Positions 25,052 to 33,357 of a stretch of 55,870 nucleotides of DNA are shown piece after piece. The notes beneath the pieces are model-generated. The model ran no database searches. It was given only the letters and a program-made list of their open reading frames with translations, and was not told the origin of the DNA. Source of the stretch: a bacterium (GTDB lineage: Bacteria; SZUA-182; DTGQ01; JAFGSM01); the NCBI GenBank assembly GCA_049472355.1, contig JBLIRP010000011.1, forward strand, positions 1-55,870, in the 5' to 3' direction. The translations under genes and the position numbers were made by a program. How positions within the stretch are numbered: the stretch's first letter is position 1; each line of letters opens with the position of its first letter.

Positions 25052-27313
25052 TCAAGGGGAAGAAGGAGGCGCCGGACCGGGGTTCGGCACGAGTGTCTCG
25101 ATCCTTCTCAGCATGTCGCGCGCCTGAACAAGACCTGGGTTGATCTCCAGGGCCGCCCGGTATTCCTTGATCGCCCCGGCCAGGTCTCGCTGCTGCTGGC
25201 AGATGTATCCAAGATTGAAATGGGGATCGGCCCAGTTGGGATCGATCTCCGCTGCCTTTTGGAAATGTGCCACTGCCTCCTCCCACTGCCGGAGCTGAAA
25301 GGTCACCAGCCCGGCAAAGTACCGGGCCTTCGCATGGTGGGGATCGATCGCCATTGCCCGGTGCAGGATCGCGAGGGCCTCTTCGAACTGCCTCTGATAC
25401 AGCAGGGTCGAGCCGAGGGTGAGCAGGGCGGAGGTATTATTGGGGTCTATCCTCAGGACGTCCTGTGCAGCGGCAGCGGCATCATTGTACCGTTTCTGCC
25501 TCTGGTGGATCACCGCCAGGTGATTGAGTGCCACCACATCGAAGGGATCTATCTCCAGCGCACGTTCAAGTGCGGACCGTGCCTTATCCAACCGGTTCCT
25601 GCGAATATGGGAAAGGGCGATGCCTATCAAGGCCTCCTTGCACCGGGGATTCACATCAAGTGCCTTGCGGAAGGCGTCCACACCCTCCTGATGCCGGTTG
25701 CTTTTCATGTACATGGTTCCCAGTGCGATGTACACCCGCAGGTCTTGACATCCGAGATCCAGTGCCTTCTCAAATGACTCGATCGACCGGGTGAGTTCAT
25801 TGAGGGCCCTGTGGGTATGGCCGAGTATGGTGTGGGCATCGACGTCCTGGGGATTCTTGCGCACCACCTTGAGGAATTCATCCCGCGCCTGGCGATACTC
25901 CCTTCTTCCGAAATGTTCCAATCCCCGATCCAGGTGTTTGAGGGTATCGATCATCTGCTTGGGATCGGGATATTCACCCTCCTTCTCCTTCGGCTGAGGC
26001 GCAGCCACGTACCCCAGGCTCCGCAGCATCTCCTTTGCCTTATCATCCAATTGGGGCCGTGGAGCCTCCCTGGAAACAGCGGCATGCTCCCTTTTGAGCC
26101 GGGCGAGCATATCTGCAAGACGCCGCGCCTCATCCGGTTCCCTATCGACAAGGTTCCTCCTCTCACCGGGGTCCTCATCCAGCCTGTAGAGTTCCCTGGA
26201 AGGCGCCTCGATATACTTCCACCGTCCGGTCCGTATCCCCTCCAGGGGGCTCCACCGGTGGCTGAATAGCGGATAAAAACTCTCACAGTAAAGGACCAGA
26301 TCCATGTCCTCCCCCTCTCCCCGGATCAAGGGGACAACGGAAAGCCCCTGCATATCCTTGTGCGGTTTGCATCCTGCAATCTCCAGGATGGTGGGAGCGA
26401 CGTCAATCAGCCGGACCAGGGGACGGATCCGCTGTGATTGAGGGAAAAGCCGTGGGCAGGAGATGATGAGGGGCACCTGCAACGTAGTGTCATAGATGAA
26501 TATCCCGTGGGTCTTCTCCTTGTGCGCACCGAGCCCCTCACCGTGATCACCGGTCAATACGACGAGGGTGTCCTCAGACAGCCCGAGCTTCTGCAGGTGC
26601 TCCATGAGCATCCCTATCCAGTGGTCCGTATAGGCGATCTCGCCGTCGTAGGGATTGCGGGAATATTTGCGAGAAAAGGGTGGTGGCGGATCATAGTGCA
26701 TATGGGGATCGAAGTAATGTATCCACATGAAGAACCGGCCGGGCCTCGTTTCGCTGAGCCATTCCGTCGCTGCCCTGGTCACCGCATCAGCACGCCTCTC
26801 CTTGTCCAGGAAGTTCTGCTCGGGGTCCTCCGAAAGGATGTCGTCATACACGTCGAACCCCTTATCCAGGCCAAAGCGCCTGTCCAGGACATAGGAAGCG
26901 ACAAAGGCCGCAGTCACATATCCTTCCCCCTTCAGGATCTCGGCAATACTTGCCACCGAATCCGGGACAGCGAATGTCCCGTTGTTTCGGACCCCGTGGA
27001 ACGCCGGATAGGTGCCGGTGAGGATCGAGGTGTGGGAGGGAAGGGTCAGGGGGACCGGTGAGAAGGCATTCTCGAACAGGACCCCGTTCGTTGCGAGTGC
27101 ATCGATATGGGGGGTCTTTATGCTGTCATACCCGTAGCAGCCGAGGTGATCGGCACGGATGGTATCGATGGTTATGAGCAGTATGTTGCGGGGATGAGGG
27201 GGAGCTGCTGTGGCAAGGACAGAGACGAACCAGAGTAGCCCCGCCATAATCGGCACAACCCATTTCCGCTGAGGGGTTAAGCTTTTCCTCATGGTTTTGT
27301 TCCGATACCTCAT
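25052..27313 (-). CDS. Secreted sulfatase-like (alkaline phosphatase superfamily) hydrolase/transferase with C-terminal TPR array
   Basis: Signal peptide, NILLITIDTIRADH, TLPSHTSILTG, HYFDPH, YDGEIAYTD, GDHGEGLG, followed by many TPR repeats. Confidence 0.88.
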   Translation of the reverse strand: MRYRNKTMRKSLTPQRKWVVPIMAGLLWFVSVLATAAPPHPRNILLITIDTIRADHLGCYGYDSIKTPHIDALATNGVLFENAFSPVPLTLPSHTSILTGTYPAFHGVRNNGTFAVPDSVASIAEILKGEGYVTAAFVASYVLDRRFGLDKGFDVYDDILSEDPEQNFLDKERRADAVTRAATEWLSETRPGRFFMWIHYFDPHMHYDPPPPFSRKYSRNPYDGEIAYTDHWIGMLMEHLQKLGLSEDTLVVLTGDHGEGLGAHKEKTHGIFIYDTTLQVPLIISCPRLFPQSQRIRPLVRLIDVAPTILEIAGCKPHKDMQGLSVVPLIRGEGEDMDLVLYCESFYPLFSHRWSPLEGIRTGRWKYIEAPSRELYRLDEDPGERRNLVDREPDEARRLADMLARLKREHAAVSREAPRPQLDDKAKEMLRSLGYVAAPQPKEKEGEYPDPKQMIDTLKHLDRGLEHFGRREYRQARDEFLKVVRKNPQDVDAHTILGHTHRALNELTRSIESFEKALDLGCQDLRVYIALGTMYMKSNRHQEGVDAFRKALDVNPRCKEALIGIALSHIRRNRLDKARSALERALEIDPFDVVALNHLAVIHQRQKRYNDAAAAAQDVLRIDPNNTSALLTLGSTLLYQRQFEEALAILHRAMAIDPHHAKARYFAGLVTFQLRQWEEAVAHFQKAAEIDPNWADPHFNLGYICQQQRDLAGAIKEYRAALEINPGLVQARDMLRRIETLVPNPGPAPPSSP

Positions 27314-27623
27314 TGCCCTGTGATGTACTAAAATGATGATATGAAGACCCGGGCCTTTGGGGACCCGTGGTTCGCCGCATGCTTCGTCCCAAGAAGCGGC
27401 ATGGCCTGCAATCGAGCAGTATGGCTATGGTCCGCGGTAACCCGGGAATCCACTCGGTAGTGATACAGGGTGCATATGCTCAATGAATCTGTTTACCCTG
27501 AAATATATCTACTGACACTCCATATATAATGGTATGTCATGCAGCCCCCTCCGTCAACCGTTTTCAACCGTGTGATACCGGGTTGATCGAACACCGCGCA
27601 CCCGGCAAAACCCGGAGCCATAG

Positions 27624-27660
27624 TGTCAAAAAATGAGACCACCATGTCACCGAATGAAAC
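27624..27660 (+). promoter_or_regulatory. Tandem enhancer (UAS)-like sites for a sigma54 activator
   Basis: TGTCAAAAAATGAGAC (27624-27639) and TGTCACCGAATGAAAC (27645-27660), 21-bp period, about 80-115 bp upstream of the -24 element. Confidence 0.5.
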
Positions 27661-27708
27661 CATGTCATACCATCCCCGAATGGGGCCATTTTGTATTTTT
27701 ACTATATT

Positions 27709-27721
27709 AATCATAAGGTTA
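27709..27721 (+). promoter_or_regulatory. IHF-like binding site
   Basis: AATCATAAGGTTA is one mismatch from WATCAANNNNTTR, preceded by an AT-rich tract, and lies between the UAS and the sigma54 site. Confidence 0.5.
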
Positions 27722-27738
27722 TGCATTTTTCCCTTTCG

Positions 27739-27754
27739 TGGCATCCCAATTGCT
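27739..27754 (+). promoter_or_regulatory. Sigma54 (-24/-12) promoter
   Basis: TGGCATCCCAATTGCT closely matches TGGCAC-N5-TTGCW. Confidence 0.75.
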
Positions 27755-27895
27755 CTACCAGGCATCGGGGTTAGCGACAAAGCCACGGAAACATAGAGGT
27801 ATACATTGCAGGGATGATTCTCATGCGTTGGAAGAAACAAAGAACAGATGGTTACCTTATCCTGAGCGGTAATGATGGAAGGGTAGGGAAACAGT

Positions 27896-27992
27896 TTGTT
27901 CGAAAAAGGCAAATCATCCGAAAGGATGGGACGCAAAGCTTCTGACCTACGTCCCATGCAGCAAGGGATAGGGTAGCAGGGCTGCCGAACAA
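27896..27992 (+). ncRNA. c-di-GMP-I (GEMM-I) riboswitch
   Basis: GGCAAA-TCATCC-GAAA-GGATGG-GACGCAAAGC...GGTAGC..GGCTGCCGA, P1 TTGTTCG/CGAACAA, upstream of an adhesin gene. Confidence 0.93.
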
Positions 27993-28049
27993 CGCCATCT
28001 CCTTGAATGAGCTGTACCATTTTACGGCTATAAAAAAGGAGGTGCTGCC

Positions 28050-31000
28050 ATGCTGCCCGGCAACGCACACGGAAAACACCACGGCATTCCCTTCGCACGC
28101 CCATGGAAGGCCCTCATCATAGGGTTTTTCGCACTATCGCTCTTTGCCCTCATACTCGCCATTGCCTCAACAATACAGGCAAAAATGGAGCCCCTGCGGA
28201 TGATCGACTACCTGTCGGTGCGACCCAACATCCTTATCGTTTTCGATACCTCCGGAAGCATGCAGAAGGATCCGAGCGGGGCGGAACTTGCCACCTCCGC
28301 ACCGGCCTACGGTGATCATCCCAACAGCCGCCTGGCCATTGCAAAGACCGTCATCAGCGATGTCCTCGAGGAGACGAGAAACATCGCCCATTTCGGCCTG
28401 ATGACCTTCAATCAGACCCACTTCGGGACAAACTGCGACACCAAGGGATACTTCGCCTACTTCCGGGCGGACGAGGGAACACCGAAGGTGAAGACAAAAT
28501 ACTGCTCAAAGGAATTTTTGAGAAACTATAACTTCACGGTCAATGAATTGCCGAATCAGCCGGCAAACGATGGCGACCCTAACTACAGACCGGTCGCGAG
28601 CTTCGCCCACAACCGCATGACCTTCTACCTGAGGGCAACGAACAACAGCAAGTACAAAAGGACCTCCATGGCCGGCAAGGAGGTCTTCATGGATTATAAC
28701 TACTCCGGCTATTACGCCAGCCTGGGTACGCCGAATACCTGGGAGTACAAGGGGAGCTACTACGAGTGGATGCAGAATCCCAAGAAAAACTCGATCGTAT
28801 ACTTCAATAAATACTACGGCCCCCAGTTTATCGCGGACGGCACCGAGGACGAAAACGGCGCGGCAAGCGGCGTCGTGGACCCCAACGAGATATTCGTGTA
28901 CTACGAAGGGGTCAAGGATATCGATTTCATGTATCCCTTTACCGCCCATCACCCCAGCCCCTACCCGGTGGAGGCGCCCGACGAGTACGACGATGATCGG
29001 GGAGGGATCCTGCTCGTGCCCATCGCCTTCTCATCGGACAAGGAAGTGCAGGATGAGGTCGCCGACCGTATCGAACAATGGATGGCCCCGCAGAACGACG
29101 GCGGGTTGATTGCCAACGGGTATACCCCCACGGGCTCCACCCTCAAGAATGCCAACCCGGATACCGAGTATTACGACGATGCATACAGCTACTTCCAGAA
29201 CGATGTGATTCCCCAGGATGTCTCAGGGTGCCGGAGAAATTTCGTGCTCCTGATCACCGACGGGGAGCCGACCCCTGCATCCGAGATAGACGGCGCCTAT
29301 ACTGCGGCAGCAGCCCTCTTCAATGACCTGGACACCCAGGTGTATGTGGTCGGGTTCGGTGCCGAAACCGATGGCAGCACGATACTTGATACCATTGCCG
29401 AGAAGGGGGGGTGCACGCACAACGCGCAAGGTAACTATGCCTACTATGCACAGGATCGGGAAAGCCTCACCAGGGCATTGAGGGAAATCATCTATAGTGC
29501 CTCGGCAGGGGACTACGTGACCTCCGCCCCCACAACGGGCTCGGGCTCCAAAAGACACCTGATCGGGAATATCGGGCTCCTGGCCACCTGCGAATTCCCT
29601 GACTGGAAGGGACACCTGACCGCCACCGACCTGACAACGGGAACAACACTGTGGGACGCAGGAGAGCAGCTCGATGCAAACCATATTGTCTATAACGAGC
29701 GAAAGATCTATACCCATGATCCGGCAACAAACAAACTGGTCCCCTTCTTTGTCGATGGTGTTCCCAATGGCGCTGTTGTCCACGGCCTGGGACTGGCAAG
29801 CAGTACAGGTGAGGCAATAAACGCCATAGAATTCATTGCCGGAAAGGTGAGCTTCTGGAGGCTTTACGATATCACCAACTGCACCCCCATCTCCATTGGT
29901 CCTCCCTTTGAGCCCGATGACCCTGACAGCATGGCTGGGCATGCGGACTATGAGGCCCTCTATGAAAACCGGAAAAAGGTCGTATACGCCGGCGGAAACG
30001 ACTGCATGCTGCACTGCTTCGACATGGACACCGGCCATGAGGTGTTCGCCTATGTACCCCCCGATCTTCTCCCGAACATCCACAAAATCTACATCGAAAA
30101 GGGGCAGCCTCCGGATACCGCCGAGCACATCTTCGGGGTGGCCGCCTCTCCCAAGGCAACCGACATCTACCACGACGGCGCATGGAAAACGGCGCTGGTA
30201 TGCGGTGAGGGACCGGGCGGGTACAGCTACTTCGCCCTGGATGTGACCCATCCCTCCCCGACCGACAGCGGGTACGATGCGAGCGCCCCGTTCTCCGTGC
30301 TCTGGCATAGCTATTCAAAGGGTCTTTCTGAGACATACGATCCCATTCTCGGGGAGACATGGTCGACCCCTGCCTTCGGCATGGTGAACGATTCCGGGAA
30401 TCCGTTATTCCTGGTATTCGCGGGCTCAGGGTATGACGATCTTGCTAGTGGCGATCCTGAGGGGATCACCTATTCGGGCATAAAGTTCGATTCCGCTTTC
30501 GGGCAGGACGGAAGGTGCGTCTTCTCGAAAAACGTGGGGGCCGCTGCCACCATCGTCGACCACGGCCTCGTGGCCGATGCGGTATGCTCCAAAATCGGCC
30601 TGTACACCACGGATGCCTATGCCGTGGACACCGCTGGGAAGATCTGGCATGCCAACACCGAGGATTCCCCTGCGGGATGGACAATGACAACGTTACATGA
30701 TGCAGGCGTGGACCAACCCTTCTTCTATTCCCCTGCCGTGCTCCAGACCGGCACAGTGGATTCACCGTGCACCGTGATAGCGGCAGGGTCAGGTACATTC
30801 GACGATCCGGACATCAACCAGCCCGGGTCCACATTCGTCTCCACCCTCTACCTTTTCCAGCTCGACAGCGACGACAACATCGCTGATTCCGACGTCATAC
30901 CCTTCACCACGCTCGTCATGGATCCCAACACCAACACGACGTTTCCTGCCCGCTCACGGATCAACTCCTCGCCGGTGATCATCCAAAATGAAAACTCCTC

Positions 31001-31319
31001 GCGAAACGAAACGGTCTTCCTGGTGTACGTGCCCCCGGAGGAAACCGGATGCGATTTCGGCGACACCTACCTTGTGGTGCTACGATTGGGAAATATCGGT
31101 GCATGCGGCATCGAGTGGACCTGGATCACCACCCTGTACGCAGGGAAGGGAAAGGTGTCCGGCATCGACATCGTGGGGAATCCCAGCGCGGTCCTGGTGG
31201 CGGTTTCCGGACACGGCAATGACCAGAAGAGCAGCCTGAAGACCGTTCCCTCCACCCCGAGCTTTGTCTCAGGAGAGGTCAACCTGCGCTACTGGAAGGA
31301 GATCACCAATCGCTTCTGA
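28050..31319 (+). CDS. PilY1/PilC-like adhesin with vWA (MIDAS) domain and C-terminal PilC beta-propeller
   Basis: RPNILIVFDTSGSM, TPT, CRRNFVLLITDGEP, VYVVGF (vWA); WKGHL, LWDAG, YAGGNDCMLHCFD..TGHEVFAYVP, YFALDVT, LGETWSTP, AGSGY, C-terminal RYWKEI (PilY1). AGGAGG RBS. Confidence 0.88.
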   Translation: MLPGNAHGKHHGIPFARPWKALIIGFFALSLFALILAIASTIQAKMEPLRMIDYLSVRPNILIVFDTSGSMQKDPSGAELATSAPAYGDHPNSRLAIAKTVISDVLEETRNIAHFGLMTFNQTHFGTNCDTKGYFAYFRADEGTPKVKTKYCSKEFLRNYNFTVNELPNQPANDGDPNYRPVASFAHNRMTFYLRATNNSKYKRTSMAGKEVFMDYNYSGYYASLGTPNTWEYKGSYYEWMQNPKKNSIVYFNKYYGPQFIADGTEDENGAASGVVDPNEIFVYYEGVKDIDFMYPFTAHHPSPYPVEAPDEYDDDRGGILLVPIAFSSDKEVQDEVADRIEQWMAPQNDGGLIANGYTPTGSTLKNANPDTEYYDDAYSYFQNDVIPQDVSGCRRNFVLLITDGEPTPASEIDGAYTAAAALFNDLDTQVYVVGFGAETDGSTILDTIAEKGGCTHNAQGNYAYYAQDRESLTRALREIIYSASAGDYVTSAPTTGSGSKRHLIGNIGLLATCEFPDWKGHLTATDLTTGTTLWDAGEQLDANHIVYNERKIYTHDPATNKLVPFFVDGVPNGAVVHGLGLASSTGEAINAIEFIAGKVSFWRLYDITNCTPISIGPPFEPDDPDSMAGHADYEALYENRKKVVYAGGNDCMLHCFDMDTGHEVFAYVPPDLLPNIHKIYIEKGQPPDTAEHIFGVAASPKATDIYHDGAWKTALVCGEGPGGYSYFALDVTHPSPTDSGYDASAPFSVLWHSYSKGLSETYDPILGETWSTPAFGMVNDSGNPLFLVFAGSGYDDLASGDPEGITYSGIKFDSAFGQDGRCVFSKNVGAAATIVDHGLVADAVCSKIGLYTTDAYAVDTAGKIWHANTEDSPAGWTMTTLHDAGVDQPFFYSPAVLQTGTVDSPCTVIAAGSGTFDDPDINQPGSTFVSTLYLFQLDSDDNIADSDVIPFTTLVMDPNTNTTFPARSRINSSPVIIQNENSSRNETVFLVYVPPEETGCDFGDTYLVVLRLGNIGACGIEWTWITTLYAGKGKVSGIDIVGNPSAVLVAVSGHGNDQKSSLKTVPSTPSFVSGEVNLRYWKEITNRF

Positions 31320-31590
31320 CATATGGCGAACACCAGGTGTCTCATTACAGGGCACGCGGGACAATGAGGATTTGGTCATGGACTCGCGCTGAGGGCATCC
31401 GGATTCCGAAGAATAATTATACGGGATACGGGTGGATCAAGGCCGTTGCAAACCAGAATTCCATGGTATACAAGATATATGGGAATCCGGAGAGATTGAA
31501 GTCATTGCAAACCAAAATGGTAGAGGGCACAGAAGGGACATCCGGGTGCGGAGATCCCGATCATTTACCAGTAACAAAGAGGGGGGAACT

Positions 31591-32313
31591 ATGAAAAGGA
31601 TAGTGCTCGTCGTACTGCTTGCAGTGGCCTTGTGTGTCAACGCCTATGCGGCAGACATCGTCCTGGACCCCGTACTCCTGCTCCAGACCGAATTCGAGGA
31701 AATGAGCAAGGAGTTGGGATTTGCAGTAAGCTATGTACCGTTGGCCCCGGCGGCGCCTCTCGGCATCCTGGGCTTTACTGCAGGCATCGAGGTGACCCTG
31801 CTCGATATCGATCAGGACAGCCTCTACTGGCAGCATGCAACCTCCGGGACCCCTCCCGATTACCTGCCGGTGCCGAAGCTGCACATCCAAAAGGGATTGC
31901 CGATGAATATCGATGTAGGCGTCATCTATTCCCAGGTCCCCGGGAGCAATATCTCCCTGTTCGGAGGGGAGGCGAAGTGGGCCTTGTTGGAGGGAACCCC
32001 GGTCACCCCGGCCTTTGCGCTCCGCGCCTCCTATACCACGCTGAGCGGTGTGGATACCCTGGATCTTGAAACCATAGGCATTGATGCCTCGATCAGCAAG
32101 GGTTTTGCCATTCTCACCCCGTATGCGGGCGTGGGGCAGCTATGGATCACGGCAAAGGAAAAGGCGGGCATAGGGCTTGCCGATGCAAAGGAGGAGTTGA
32201 CCAAGGTCTTCGGGGGAATCGCATTCAAGCCCTTTCCCCTGGCGCGCATCGCCCTGGAAGCGGACTATGCCGAGATCCTGGCCTACAGCCTGAGGTTCAG
32301 CATCGAGTTCTGA
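31591..32313 (+). CDS. Hypothetical outer-membrane beta-barrel protein (possibly DUF6588-like)
   Basis: GAGGGGG RBS before ATG 31591, signal peptide, amphipathic beta strands, C-terminal YSLRFSIEF (terminal Phe). Confidence 0.7.
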   Translation: MKRIVLVVLLAVALCVNAYAADIVLDPVLLLQTEFEEMSKELGFAVSYVPLAPAAPLGILGFTAGIEVTLLDIDQDSLYWQHATSGTPPDYLPVPKLHIQKGLPMNIDVGVIYSQVPGSNISLFGGEAKWALLEGTPVTPAFALRASYTTLSGVDTLDLETIGIDASISKGFAILTPYAGVGQLWITAKEKAGIGLADAKEELTKVFGGIAFKPFPLARIALEADYAEILAYSLRFSIEF

Positions 32314-32561
32314 AACGCGAAGAAGGTGTGCTGATACGCGAACGATTCATCTTCTGATTGCACGCAGCGCCTTTCGCCGTGCTTGCAGGCTGAACATATG
32401 CGGGGCATGATCACCATAGGCGCCCTTCGTGCAGAAAATAGTGCCTGTGGATGACTGCAAGGCATTCTCCGCTTGTAACGTTACGACTTGCTTATGCTAA
32501 CGGAGAAAACAGCGCCTTTACACGACTGCTTAGGTGCGACAATACCAAGATAAGGTGACGC

Positions 32562-33290
32562 ATGAATCACTCCGTGCCTCTTCCCGTACACAACCTCATA
32601 TGTCTCGCCCACCGGGGCGCAAGCGGCCACGAGCCCGAAAATACGCTCCGGGCGGTTGAAAAGGCCATCTCCCTCGGCGCTCCCTGGGTGGAGGTGGATG
32701 TATACCCCGTGGAACAGGAGCTGGTGGTGATCCACGACGAGCGGCTGGAACGCACCACAAACGGGAGCGGCCGTGTCACCGAACAATCCCTGTCCTATCT
32801 TCGATCACTCGATGCGGGCAAAGGGGAGCGCATCCCGCTGCTCAGGGAGGTATTCGACCTCGTGTCAGGAAGGGCCGGCATCAACGTCGAGCTTAAGGGA
32901 AAGGACACCGCCGCCCCGGTCGCCGCACTGATCGATGAATATGTGAATAACCGTGGCTGGCCGTATGAGCAGGTCATCGTCTCTTCATTCCATCACGACG
33001 AGCTGAGGCTGGTCAAGGCACTCCAGCCGAGGATCAGGATCGGGGCACTCATCTCGAGCATTCCCCGGGATGGGGCGGGATTCGCCGAGGACATGGAAGC
33101 CTATTCGGTGCACGTCAAGCTGAAAAGCGTCACCAAGGAGTTCGTCGAGGATGCCCATCAACGAGGGCTCAAGGTCTTCGTGTTTACCGTTAATGCACCC
33201 GATGATATCGGCCGGATGCGGGCGATCGGCGTGGACGGGGTATTCACCGATTTTCCTGAGCTGGTGACCGGCTGCCGGGATATGTCCTGA
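32562..33290 (+). CDS. Glycerophosphodiester phosphodiesterase (UgpQ/GlpQ family)
   Basis: AHRGASGHEPENT, EVDV, VIHDERLERTTNG, NVELK, SSF, GVDGVFTDFP. Confidence 0.93.
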   Translation: MNHSVPLPVHNLICLAHRGASGHEPENTLRAVEKAISLGAPWVEVDVYPVEQELVVIHDERLERTTNGSGRVTEQSLSYLRSLDAGKGERIPLLREVFDLVSGRAGINVELKGKDTAAPVAALIDEYVNNRGWPYEQVIVSSFHHDELRLVKALQPRIRIGALISSIPRDGAGFAEDMEAYSVHVKLKSVTKEFVEDAHQRGLKVFVFTVNAPDDIGRMRAIGVDGVFTDFPELVTGCRDMS

Positions 33291-33357
33291 AGGCACAGGT
33301 TCACAACAGAATCTCCATATCGTGCCGAAGAAAGCCCCCGGCGGATGCGTTTGAGTG

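Noticed and set aside
27896..27992. c-AMP-GMP (GEMM-Ib) specificity for the riboswitch
   Set aside because: The specificity position equivalent to Vc2 G20 is G, not A. Only a binding assay would be conclusive.
27493..28104. 203-aa minus-strand ORF
   Set aside because: Overlaps the sigma54 promoter, the riboswitch and the pilY1-like start on the opposite strand, with no protein features.
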